The notes under the pieces were generated by a model. It did no database searches. It saw only the letters and a list, made by a program, of their open reading frames with translations, and was not told the origin of the DNA. DNA of 64,000 bases from a virus (taxonomy: Duplodnaviria > Caudoviricetes): IMG/VR virus record IMGVR_UViG_3300042870_001240. One strand, given 5' to 3'. The position numbers and the translations under genes were made by a program. How positions within the stretch are numbered: the first letter of the stretch is position 1; every line of letters begins with the position of its first letter. This document shows, one piece after another, positions 1 to 9,181 of the stretch.

Positions 1-190
1 TCGATAAAATCGTGTTTAGTGGCAAACCTTAGAAAAGTGATAATATCATTAAATAATGGTTTAATACTACTTTCATAGTCACCGTCATTAAAATCTGTAA
101 TTAATTGTTCTGAATTCATATAAGATAAATATATGAAGAAACTAAATCATCCTATTTGGTGGTTTAATTTATTATTCTTATATTTGTTTT

Positions 191-439
191 ATGATAAAAG
201 AAATTAAAAAATTTATAGGTGTTGCAAAATTAGACGAATTTGGAGGAAATTATATTTGGGGAATAGATAAAGACGGTGGTCATCAATTAATATCTGAAGT
301 GAGAGGTTGGGGTGCCATCCAAAATATATTTAAAAACAAAGATGACTCCATTAACTTTGAAGATGCCGAACAATTCCAATATGAGTTAGGTAAATTTATT
401 GTTGACGCTATAAATGAAAAATTAAACAAAGAAGATTAA
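191..439 (+). CDS. Hypothetical protein (82 aa)
   Basis: ORF with ATG start; abuts the next ORF; no recognisable motif. Confidence 0.6.
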   Translation: MIKEIKKFIGVAKLDEFGGNYIWGIDKDGGHQLISEVRGWGAIQNIFKNKDDSINFEDAEQFQYELGKFIVDAINEKLNKED

Positions 440-440
440 T

Positions 441-641
441 ATGAGATTAAAAGTAAAACCGGAACCTAATTTTTTTGATAAAAAAACAATAATTGAATTC
501 GCTTGGATTCCTATAAGGGTAGAAAATAATATTATTTGGCTAGAAAAGTATGAACGCACTTATAGATACACAAAAGACAGCGTTTGGGAATATTATTATT
601 GGGAAGAGATTGATAAAAAATTAATAAACAAAAAAGACTAA
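441..641 (+). CDS. Hypothetical protein (66 aa)
   Basis: ORF starts 1 nt after the upstream stop and converges on the 645 gene. Confidence 0.55.
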   Translation: MRLKVKPEPNFFDKKTIIEFAWIPIRVENNIIWLEKYERTYRYTKDSVWEYYYWEEIDKKLINKKD

Positions 642-644
642 TTA

Positions 645-1265
645 TTACCAAGCTTTACACGACCAATATCCTGGCGTTGTCTTATCTTTCTTCTCGGAAC
701 ATTTATGTCTTGCTCTAAATGATTTTCTATGTGAAGGGATATCACGTTTAATTTCCATATTTGGGTCACCAAAATTAACCTTAACAACATTACCCTTGGA
801 GTTCTTTACATATACAGACCTTTTCTTTGGTCCATCAGGAGTATAGAAAGGTTTATTCAATGTAACCTTACGTCCCTTGTATTCTGATTCTTGAATGGGT
901 AGAATTTCAACGGAACCATATTGGTCCTCATATATTTTCTTACCTTTAATGTTTGGTAAATAAGATTCTGACTGAACATCGGAATCATCACCTTTAATCT
1001 CATTCATTAAGAAATCAAAAACTTGGTCCATATTGTTCTTAGCTTCAGAAATATGGTCTTGAGCCCAATCATGTCCGTTATTTAATATCTCCTCAATTTG
1101 ATTTTCATCAAAGTCCAATAGATATTCACATTGTCTCTTCATCTGTTGTAGATTTGAAAAGAACATATAACGATTATTACCTTCTTCGGTCATTTCGTTT
1201 TCTTCAACAACTCGTTTAACAATACGGGTTAAATCAGATTCGGTTAGTCTTACTATTTTTTTCAC
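645..1265 (-). CDS. Multi-module hypothetical phage protein with KKIVRLTESDL leader and basic C-terminal VKVNFGDPNM...RKSFRARH.C...YWSC module
   Basis: Likely GTG start at 1265 behind a TATTTAT motif; leader shared with the 1932 and 15177 genes; C-terminal module recalled from other large phages. Confidence 0.7.
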   Translation of the reverse strand: MKKIVRLTESDLTRIVKRVVEENEMTEEGNNRYMFFSNLQQMKRQCEYLLDFDENQIEEILNNGHDWAQDHISEAKNNMDQVFDFLMNEIKGDDSDVQSESYLPNIKGKKIYEDQYGSVEILPIQESEYKGRKVTLNKPFYTPDGPKKRSVYVKNSKGNVVKVNFGDPNMEIKRDIPSHRKSFRARHKCSEKKDKTTPGYWSCKAW

Positions 1266-1340
1266 GGTATATATTTGTTTATATATAAATATCAAACAAA
1301 TAAAAAAAGGGAGTTAAGATATTAACCCAAAAAAAGAGAA

Positions 1341-1862
1341 CTATTCCTCCTCATCTTTATGGACATATTTAACGGAGACGGGAGCAATAAAACTCATATC
1401 AAAGTTCTCCAACTTTAATATCTGTTCATCAATGTCCTCACGAGTATGTAACGGAGCAAAATAAGGTCTTTCTCTGAACGGAACATTTTCACGTTCTTCC
1501 CATGCTTTAAGTTCATTCTCATATTCGGGAATTGAATTCTTAAGGTAGGTATACTCCATCCATATTTGATGGTCCTCAATAGATGGAACAAACATAACAA
1601 CACCATAGTTATCCAACTTAGATAAATCAGGGTTATTTGAATAGACATCAACGATACCTTCCTCACCATAATACTGATAACATAACTCTTGAAGAGCATT
1701 GAAATTATAGATGTCCCACGCTCTCCAATTACGTCCATAAGAACGAACCTTACAGATATAAAAATACCCATCCTTAAAATTGTGAATTATACTTGAAGAT
1801 TTGGATTGAACTTCAAGAAGTTCTTCCATACTAAGGTTTTTTAAAAAGTCGTCTATTTTCAT
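1341..1862 (-). CDS. Hypothetical protein (173 aa)
   Basis: Long ORF with TATCTTTG (Bacteroidota -7 element) just upstream of the ATG. Confidence 0.75.
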   Translation of the reverse strand: MKIDDFLKNLSMEELLEVQSKSSSIIHNFKDGYFYICKVRSYGRNWRAWDIYNFNALQELCYQYYGEEGIVDVYSNNPDLSKLDNYGVVMFVPSIEDHQIWMEYTYLKNSIPEYENELKAWEERENVPFRERPYFAPLHTREDIDEQILKLENFDMSFIAPVSVKYVHKDEEE

Positions 1863-1931
1863 ACCACAAAGATAACAAAAGATTTTGGATTAACAACAAA
1901 AAACCCCTCCGATAAAGGAAGGGTTTAATTA

Positions 1932-2441
1932 TTATAATTGATTTTTAAAATCACTGTATTCGTATGAAATTTTTCTTGGGTCAATTTCTGTCACATTAGC
2001 ACCAATTTTTTCAAATTGTTTTAATACCTTTTTGGCGTCATTTCTTGTTTCAGGTAATGCGGGATAGTCACCATTTAAAAAAAATTCAATATTATTTGAA
2101 TATTTATTAATATCAAATACTTTTGTAGCTCCTGTATCAACATCTTCAGTTGTCATCACAAATTCATTTTGATGATAACCTGCTCTTGGTGATTCAATAT
2201 TTACAATTCTAACTCTGTATGTTTGCTCATCCTGTTTTTTTACGACTATGGAGATTATATCCCTATCTTGATTTAAACCAAACTCTTTTCCATGTGATGC
2301 AAATCTATCGGCAAGTTTTGTATAACCTTTTTTATCAGCAATCTTAGAAGCTTTCTCATAGGTACTTTTATCAAGTTCACTAATGGTTTTCTTAACAATT
2401 CTAATTAAATCAGATTCCGTTAATCTTATAACTTTTTTCAT
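1932..2441 (-). CDS. Hypothetical protein with MKKVIRLTESDL leader
   Basis: ORF, upstream TATTTAT motif, terminator hairpin near 1898-1927. Confidence 0.75.
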   Translation of the reverse strand: MKKVIRLTESDLIRIVKKTISELDKSTYEKASKIADKKGYTKLADRFASHGKEFGLNQDRDIISIVVKKQDEQTYRVRIVNIESPRAGYHQNEFVMTTEDVDTGATKVFDINKYSNNIEFFLNGDYPALPETRNDAKKVLKQFEKIGANVTEIDPRKISYEYSDFKNQL

Positions 2442-2480
2442 AACAATTTTCTTTTATTATAAATATAACAAAACACCAAA

Positions 2481-2577
2481 AAAAGGGGGCGGGGGGGATT
2501 GACAACGACCGAAGGGAGTTCGGACGGTCTGGACTTATATTAAACAAAAAACCCCACCTGTATTAGAGAAGTGGGGT
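2481..2577. repeat. ~97-bp intergenic element, copy 1 (G-tract + CCGAAGGGAGTTCGG hairpin + terminator hairpin)
   Basis: Near-identical to 5303-5398. Confidence 0.9.
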
Positions 2578-2586
2578 AGTATTATA

Positions 2587-3018
2587 TTATTTTTTTAATA
2601 TTACACCATCTTCTGATTTATTACTTGGATTATTATATATTGAATCAGAATTACTCACTATAACCCTACCACCATAAATTGTTGTTCCATCTGGTTTCAA
2701 TTCAAATGGAGATTCTTTTTGTCCTCTAATCCCATTGTTTTGTGAAATTATAACATATCCAGTGTCTGACCCATCATTTTTTGAAACCGTAGTCAGATTC
2801 CCACTTTGAGTTTCTGTGTAAAGTCCGAATGGTAATGTTATAGTATTAACCTCTTTATATCCTAATTTAAGATATTCTTTAACTGTGTTATCATACCAAC
2901 TAACACCATCAGGTGGGGCACCACCACCAGGATTACTATTTTGTTCATTTAATAATCGGCTCTCCAATCTTTGATTGGATTCCTGAATGTGTCTTATCTT
3001 ACTGTAACTTCTGTTCAT
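2587..3018 (-). CDS. Hypothetical protein, MNRSYSKIRHIQESNQRLE leader (paralog of 5467-5892)
   Basis: First 78 nt differ from the 5467-5892 gene at only 3 positions; remainder unrelated. Confidence 0.8.
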   Translation of the reverse strand: MNRSYSKIRHIQESNQRLESRLLNEQNSNPGGGAPPDGVSWYDNTVKEYLKLGYKEVNTITLPFGLYTETQSGNLTTVSKNDGSDTGYVIISQNNGIRGQKESPFELKPDGTTIYGGRVIVSNSDSIYNNPSNKSEDGVILKK

Positions 3019-3258
3019 ATTTTTTGTTTATTATAAATATGTCTGAAAACAAAAACCCCAACCTGTATAAGAGATGGGGGGATTAAATAATAATCTTACC
3101 TTTGGCAAATCCAAATTCTCTAACTTTCAAATTTGATTTTGTTTTATACTTCTTTTTTAAGAATTTAACAAAATCCACAACCTGTAATCTCAAATCTTTA
3201 GGAAGTGAATTAATCTCAGATATTAATGTTGTATTTGTCATAACACAAATTATAAAAT

Positions 3259-3540
3259 TTATTTTTCGTCAGAGAACTCAATATAAACACTAATTGTATT
3301 TTCAATACCAATTGATTTAATCGTATCCCTAATTAAAGATTTAATATCTTCCCAATACTCACGACCGTTCTTAAGAAATGTATTACTATCAATTATCAAA
3401 AAAACATTATACACAATATTACGTTTTTTGTCTGTATAAAAACTCCGAGGATTCATTTCACTGGTAACCTCAACATCCTCGAACTCAGGATATTTCTCAT
3501 CCAAGACATATTTAACAATTTTTTTAATGTAATCTTCCAT
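3259..3540 (-). CDS. Hypothetical protein (93 aa)
   Basis: ORF with upstream TATTTAT; resembles the 13675 protein (KYPE..V). Confidence 0.7.
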   Translation of the reverse strand: MEDYIKKIVKYVLDEKYPEFEDVEVTSEMNPRSFYTDKKRNIVYNVFLIIDSNTFLKNGREYWEDIKSLIRDTIKSIGIENTISVYIEFSDEK

Positions 3541-3566
3541 AGTAATAAATATTATGTATTAGTATT

Positions 3567-4106
3567 TTAGATGGTAACATCATCTTTATGAGCAAGAACC
3601 TCTTCCACCCCCTCAATATCCTCTAAATAAGCACAACTAGTTGTATTTACCTTACAATTAAGAACCTCTTCAACCTTCAGTTGGCTATACGCCCATCCTA
3701 CGACAGTTGTGGTTACCTTACAGTTGAGGACCTCTTCCACCTGGCAATCTCCATTAAAATAGCCACACCGCGTTGTATTTACCTTACAGTTGAGGACCTC
3801 TTCCACCACTAGAGCGCGTGCTCGATTTATTACCAGCGTTGTATTTACCTTACAGTTGAGGACCTCTTCCACCCATTCGGACATAATCTTATCAAAATCA
3901 GGAGATTCCAAAGAAAAGAGAACAAAAAAACTCTTAAAGAAATCATATCTCCACCATAACTTACCCTCATTTTCATATTCAAAATACCAATACTTATTAT
4001 CTCTATCGATAAAGTATACACTGTCCTTATAAGAAATTATCTCGACCTTGGATAACTCCTTATAAAGTTTTTTGAATATAATATCTTTTAATCTATCTGA
4101 AACCAT
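3567..4106 (-). CDS. Array-bearing small-protein family member (MVSDRLKD type); C-terminus is a translated repeat-spacer array
   Basis: ATG at 4106 behind TATATTTG; paralog of 9453, 9993 and 20900 genes; repeats VEEVLNCKVNTT every 22 aa. Confidence 0.85.
   Translation of the reverse strand: MVSDRLKDIIFKKLYKELSKVEIISYKDSVYFIDRDNKYWYFEYENEGKLWWRYDFFKSFFVLFSLESPDFDKIMSEWVEEVLNCKVNTTLVINRARALVVEEVLNCKVNTTRCGYFNGDCQVEEVLNCKVTTTVVGWAYSQLKVEEVLNCKVNTTSCAYLEDIEGVEEVLAHKDDVTI
3574..3873 (-). CRISPR. CRISPR-like array A1: four full 36-bp repeats plus one degenerate repeat, four 30-bp spacers
   Basis: Repeats at 3640-3675, 3706-3741, 3772-3807, 3838-3873 and degenerate 3574-3609; sense consensus GGTGGAAGAGGTCCTCAACTGTAAGGTAAATACAAC; unique 30-bp spacers. 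Confidence 0.75.
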
Positions 4107-4154
4107 ATTACAAATATAATAATAATAAATGAAATAAAAAATAAAGAACACATC

Positions 4155-4463
4155 TTAACATTCATCGTTATTAAAATCCCAATATTCCATTATCCTTATT
4201 CTGAAGTTTTTCTTAACATATTCAATTAGATATTCTTCCATCTTTGAATATCCATCATCTTCCTCATTTTCAAAATAATGATATAGATAAGTCTTAGCCG
4301 TTGTTAAACATACATAATCATAATACTCTTGAAAATTATCGAAATTACAGATGAACTCATCCACCCCCTCATCAACAATGTCCCATATTAAATCAAAATC
4401 TTCCTCAACCCTCCTGAGAACATATATCAACATATTCTGTTGTTCAGTTATAATGTATTTCAT
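4155..4463 (-). CDS. Hypothetical protein with MKYIITE leader
   Basis: Leader motif and upstream TATTTAT. Confidence 0.75.
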   Translation of the reverse strand: MKYIITEQQNMLIYVLRRVEEDFDLIWDIVDEGVDEFICNFDNFQEYYDYVCLTTAKTYLYHYFENEEDDGYSKMEEYLIEYVKKNFRIRIMEYWDFNNDEC

Positions 4464-4549
4464 ATGTTATGTATTAGTTTATACATAAATATACACATAA
4501 ATAAAAAACCCCACCTATAACAGATGGGGGGTTATATATAAGATATTTT

Positions 4550-5170
4550 TTATAAAAACTCCATCAAAATCTTCGCATCCTCAGACACAAGACGTTTTGT
4601 GTTGTTCTGAAGCAAATCAAATGATTCAAATGAAAACGGACTATCACCAACCCTTGTCATAAATTCAGATTCAACATGAGGCTTAAATTTACCCATCTTC
4701 TCAATCTTACCATATCCAGGATACTCAGAATTATTTGTCCCAATAAGATAATTGTTATCACCACCCTTCTCAATAATCATAACACTATCCTGACAAAATA
4801 ACTCACCAAGCTTGGTCATATTCGAAATAAAATTAGAATCGTCTTTAATATTAACAACAAAGAAACTTTCCTCATTAACCTCAATGGCGTTTTGCTCAGC
4901 AAAATTTTCAATATACGTTCCCTTAACTTTTGTAACACCATAACCAAGATACAATAAAGCAGATTTTAAATGACGATTCCTATTCTTGTTTATCCGAATA
5001 TTAACATATCCCTTGTCATCATCACCACCCAAACAATTTGTTAGACTTTTTCTATATGATGTTATAATCGAACATTCATGCTTTATCAAATGATTATACA
5101 CACGATTAATAGATGATTCATTTAATAATAAAGAAAATCGACTCATTAGGTCTCTCATTTGTTGACTCAT
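4550..5170 (-). CDS. Hypothetical phage protein (weakly DUF3293-like)
   Basis: Likely ATG at 5170; IITSYR...N..LK..L...GYG..KV.G.Y.E...E.SF pattern. Confidence 0.6.
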   Translation of the reverse strand: MSQQMRDLMSRFSLLLNESSINRVYNHLIKHECSIITSYRKSLTNCLGGDDDKGYVNIRINKNRNRHLKSALLYLGYGVTKVKGTYIENFAEQNAIEVNEESFFVVNIKDDSNFISNMTKLGELFCQDSVMIIEKGGDNNYLIGTNNSEYPGYGKIEKMGKFKPHVESEFMTRVGDSPFSFESFDLLQNNTKRLVSEDAKILMEFL

Positions 5171-5302
5171 AGAATAAAAATATATTAATAAATACAAAGT
5201 TAATCAATATTTCAGATTTTTCCCAAAAATTTTTTTTTATATATAGGGAACAATTTAGAACAGGGGGTCATGTTCTTAAAATGATAGGTGGTGCACTTAA
5301 AT

Positions 5303-5398
5303 AAAAGGGGGCGGGGGGATTGACCACGACCGAAGGGAGTTCGGACGGTCTGGACTTATATTAAATAAAAACCCCCACCTGTATTAGAAAGTGGGGGT
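5303..5398. repeat. ~96-bp intergenic element, copy 2
   Basis: Near-identical to 2481-2577. Confidence 0.9.
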
Positions 5399-5466
5399 TA
5401 TTTAAAAAAGTGGGGGTCGTGTTTATAGGAAATAAAAAACCCCTCTGTTGGGAGGGGTAATATTAT

Positions 5467-5892
5467 TTACAGTTTATAATACTTACTAGCCGATTCGTTA
5501 TCAGGGTCAATTGGAATAGGTAATTCTTTACCTATTGTTTTATCGGGATAAGAAATTTTTACTTTTGATACGAAATTTTTATAAGCCTCCGCAAAGTCAC
5601 CACCACCGACACTAACAAGTACTCTACCTGAACCATCTCTTAAATCTATATATCTATCTTTTCCTGGCCCCAACATGTAAACACAAGATTTAAAACCAGG
5701 GGTTTCAACACCAGTACCATATGTTCCTGTCATATTATTACACAATGGTTTATTATATGTCGGTTTTAAAGTTGTATTATTAGGAGTGGCTCCCGTTGTA
5801 GTTTGGGTTGTAACTTGTTCATTTAACAATCGGTTCTCCAATCTTTGATTGGATTCCTGAATGTGTCTTATCTTACTGTAACTTTTGTTCAT
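5467..5892 (-). CDS. Hypothetical protein, MNKSYSKIRHIQESNQRLE leader (paralog of 2587-3018)
   Basis: Shared 78-nt 5' block; terminator hairpin near 5434-5459. Confidence 0.8.
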   Translation of the reverse strand: MNKSYSKIRHIQESNQRLENRLLNEQVTTQTTTGATPNNTTLKPTYNKPLCNNMTGTYGTGVETPGFKSCVYMLGPGKDRYIDLRDGSGRVLVSVGGGDFAEAYKNFVSKVKISYPDKTIGKELPIPIDPDNESASKYYKL

Positions 5893-6084
5893 GGTATTTT
5901 AGTTTATATATAAATATCACATATAACAAAAAACCCCACCTAAAAATATTTCGATTAAAAGTTGACAGTATAAAAAATAATTCGTAATATTTTGTTGTTG
6001 TTGGTTAACATAAAACCATCTCGTCAAACCCAACGGTTAGACCAATGTGGTCGAGGGTAATTATAAACAATTAAAACTTAAAAA

Positions 6085-7188
6085 ATGAAAAAGTTTAGAG
6101 TACGAATGACTAATGTTTCGACAAGATTAGTTGATGGTGAAACACAAAAATGGCTGACATGTGAGGTGTCACTATCTTCCCTAATAGAAGCAAAAAGAAA
6201 ACTAGGGAAAGAATTATTTTCCGTAAATGTTAGAGGATGTTTATCTAACAGTAAACCAACAAGTCAAGAAAGGAAAAAACCTGTATTCAGAGGTATAATG
6301 AATACAATGGACAAGATAAGAAAAAACCCTGAAAAAGCTTATCTGCAAACTATGGGAAATAATGGTTGTACGATAATGTGTGGTTCTATTGAAAGAATAT
6401 CTGGTGATATCTATGAAATCACATTAACCCATGATTACCATGGAATTGGTAACGGTCAACAAACGATTTATATAACCGAGTGGATTGATACAAATTATCC
6501 AATAAGTAGTGATGTAACCATACTATGTAAAATGGCCATTGGACTTTCAGAGGATGACTGTAACGACATATGTAAGGCAAATAACACAAGTAACAAAATC
6601 GATAAGAAAGATATCAAATCCATAGAGTGGAAAAGAATAAGTATGGAACTTAAAACATTGGGTATAACTTTCAATTATAAAAAAGAAAAAGAAGGTCAAT
6701 ACCATATCGACATCTGTGCTGAAAATTACTATAATATGATTGGGGCATATTTCACAAACAAACCTTGGGTAAACGGCCAAGAAGTGGTCGATAAAATTAA
6801 ACCTAACATCATATCAGGAAAAGAGATGATTGAAATGGATAGGGTAAAGAAAATAATTGATGATTGGTTTGAAACCAATGATAATGAGGTTAAAAAACAT
6901 AGTAATAAAATGGATACTACAAGAATGGGTTATTTAAAGAACATTATGATTTCATTATACACGGATGTTAAGATACAAGCAAGAGTAAAACCATTTATAA
7001 AAAAATACGGAGATGTTAAATTTTTTGAACTAATCTTTAAAGTTGTTATAAACACCATAGAAGAAAACGAAACAACTAAAGTATCGTCAAATTATTTTAA
7101 TAAAAAAACATACGAATTATTAAGTAAATCTATTGAAGTAGAAATTTTAGAATCAGAAATTTTAAAATCAGAAACGGTCTTAGTTTAA
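6085..7188 (+). CDS. AIPR-like (ParB/DndB-related fold) protein
   Basis: NNGCTIMC, GNGQQT and ICKANNTSNKI motifs match the AIPR pattern NNGIT...NGxQT...ATNSQN as recalled. Confidence 0.6.
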   Translation: MKKFRVRMTNVSTRLVDGETQKWLTCEVSLSSLIEAKRKLGKELFSVNVRGCLSNSKPTSQERKKPVFRGIMNTMDKIRKNPEKAYLQTMGNNGCTIMCGSIERISGDIYEITLTHDYHGIGNGQQTIYITEWIDTNYPISSDVTILCKMAIGLSEDDCNDICKANNTSNKIDKKDIKSIEWKRISMELKTLGITFNYKKEKEGQYHIDICAENYYNMIGAYFTNKPWVNGQEVVDKIKPNIISGKEMIEMDRVKKIIDDWFETNDNEVKKHSNKMDTTRMGYLKNIMISLYTDVKIQARVKPFIKKYGDVKFFELIFKVVINTIEENETTKVSSNYFNKKTYELLSKSIEVEILESEILKSETVLV

Positions 7189-7388
7189 TTGTAATAAATT
7201 TCCCCCTAACTAATATAGGGGAATTTTTCCAGAAATTTTATTTTACATATAGAGAACATTTTAAAACAAGGGGTCGTGTTTCTATATACATGGGGGAATT
7301 TTTCCAAAAATTTCTATAAACATTTTTTCATACAAATATTTCATTTAAGGGATTATCCCCCCTTTTGACACCCCAAAAACCACTATAT

Positions 7389-7460
7389 GGAGGGGGGATA
7401 CGGGGGAGGGAGGGGGTACCTACCCCATATAGGGGGGTATAGAGGGGACCTCCCCCCATA
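7389..7460 (+). other. G/C-tract cluster (potential G-quadruplex and palindromes)
   Basis: GGGGGG-ATAC-GGGGG-A-GGG-A-GGGGG within 25 nt in an otherwise AT-rich sequence. Confidence 0.6.
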
Positions 7461-7625
7461 AACGAGACGGGACACTATAGGGTCCTCCCCTGTCTGTAAT
7501 CTAATGTATGTGGGTGATGTAATTTTGATGACATATACAAGTAATGTTATTAACATGACATAATGACATTGTTAATAAGATTTGTTAATGGGGGAATAAT
7601 ATATTTGTGTATGTTGGGGATTGTA

Positions 7626-7790
7626 TGTATCTTTGTATTGTCAGTGGTTAAGTCCGAGACGGGTTCGACAAGGGGGTTGTCGCAGAGGGTGTACTCCAAC
7701 CTGCTTATATGTTTACTTAAAACCAAACCATAAGGCAGGCTGGAGTATACTCGGTCCCCATCTTCTGAATGGTCACAACACAAAGATACA
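7626..7790. ncRNA. Candidate structured RNA or inverted-repeat element bounded by convergent TATCTTTG motifs
   Basis: 16-bp terminal inverted repeats (1 mismatch), long internal stem at about 7684-7752, CGACAA-N5-TTGTCG hairpin. Confidence 0.45.
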
Positions 7791-7847
7791 AAAAAGATTT
7801 GATAGATACAAATTGTTTATTTAGAATATTATCCCTATCTTCGTATA

Positions 7848-8285
7848 ATGTTTATACAACTTATATCACATATAGAGAATCGGATTAAGTATAACAACTA
7901 CTCATCCGTGATTAATTTAACCAACAAGGAACGTAGGGACCTTGCCAAGTTCTGTCTTGAATATTGTATTGAAGTTATCGGTCAACCTAAGAAGAAAGGA
8001 ATCCCCAAGTTCAATATCGTTAAGACCAAGAAACCTTATTATGGGGAATATGTTAGCGAACATGAAAAGATATGCGTATTTTATAATCAATGTAAAACCA
8101 TTGGCACCTTCATCAGCACATTCATTCATGAATATACCCACCATACCCAAAACCTTAATAAGTATGATAAGGTATTATCCAAAGTTGGGTATGATAATCA
8201 CCCCAAAGAGATTGAAGCAAACAACATGGCAAAGTTATATAAACAACCATGCCTTGAAGCATTCCGTAAATCAATCCAATATTAA
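7848..8285 (+). CDS. Putative zinc metallopeptidase-like protein
   Basis: FIHEYTHH (HExxH) followed by HPKEIEA. Confidence 0.7.
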   Translation: MFIQLISHIENRIKYNNYSSVINLTNKERRDLAKFCLEYCIEVIGQPKKKGIPKFNIVKTKKPYYGEYVSEHEKICVFYNQCKTIGTFISTFIHEYTHHTQNLNKYDKVLSKVGYDNHPKEIEANNMAKLYKQPCLEAFRKSIQY

Positions 8286-8593
8286 ATTATCCCCCTAACA
8301 TGTTCCCGTATCACCTGTAACGAATGTTCCCTAATATACATCTGTAAATCATTATGGTCATCACTAGATAATGGATACTCCTTATGGATATACTCTATCA
8401 CATCCCCCATGTCAGTCTCCGTTAATAACAATACAGATTGGGGTTGAAGTCTACTCATCCCACTTTTTCCAACATACTTACACGTCCCCTCAAATAAACC
8501 ATGACCATATGTCACAATATAACACCCATCACTCTCCGTGATGACCGTTGAAAACTTTTTTAGTACACTTTCGTACATCTCTTTTCTACCCAT
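8282..8593 (-). CDS. Hypothetical protein (103 aa)
   Basis: ORF converging on the 7848 gene with a 4-nt overlap. Confidence 0.55.
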   Translation of the reverse strand: MGRKEMYESVLKKFSTVITESDGCYIVTYGHGLFEGTCKYVGKSGMSRLQPQSVLLLTETDMGDVIEYIHKEYPLSSDDHNDLQMYIREHSLQVIREHVRGII

Positions 8594-9181
8594 AATTGTT
8601 GATAACTTTTTTTATAAATCCCTCCTGACACTATGACAGAGGGGAATTGTTGATAACTTTTTATTAAATAAATATGTTAAAATATTTGGAATTGTCATTT
8701 TGTCAGTCACGCTTGACAATGGGGATAATCCCCCTCACCACCTTTTTTATATATTTTTTCCCACCTTTTCCCACCGATAATGGTCATAATAATATTGTAA
8801 TGTCACTTTTTTCCCTCTGTAGGGGTCTACAAGACCAATAAATTCACTATAGGTAAATCCCAGCTAATTATGTTCTTAAGAGTACACTAAGCGGTGAAAC
8901 ACGTAGTGTGTTAGAAACTAACACCCGATTACCATGAGATGTGTTAGAAACTAACACTTGATTTTCATGAGATGTGTTAGGATAATATCTTCAACGACCA
9001 CTTTAGTGGGACATTATACTCCCCACCATAATGACATACCATAACAAATTATAGGTAAGTTCTTTTAATAGTTAAAGAGAAACATCATTTATGATGAACA
9101 TGGTAACTACCATATAACTAACTCTATGGGAATATAAGGTTATAACCTTATAATCACCCATTATAAGGTCCTGACCTTATA
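8594..9181. promoter_or_regulatory. Non-coding control region with repeated operator/iteron-like sites (candidate origin)
   Basis: AATTGTTGATAACTTTT x2 (8594, 8645); GTGTTAG-AAA-CTAACAC x2 plus a half-site at 33-bp period (8908, 8941, 8974); TATAAGGT-N4-ACCTTATA x2 (9133, 9162). Confidence 0.55.

Noticed and set aside
2455-2470. T4 late promoter TATAAATA
   Set aside because: The motif sits on the non-coding strand relative to the adjacent genes; the sense-strand motif is its reverse complement TATTTAT(A), so a direct T4 gp55 equivalence is not supported.
3790-4032. Plus-strand ORF over the A1 gene (also 20990-21334 and 21126-21437 over A4)
   Set aside because: Shadow ORFs antisense to better-supported paralogous genes.
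7550-7824. ORFs 7550-7783 (-) and 7621-7824 (+)
   Set aside because: Atypical composition, overlap each other and coincide with the inverted-repeat structured element; more likely non-coding.
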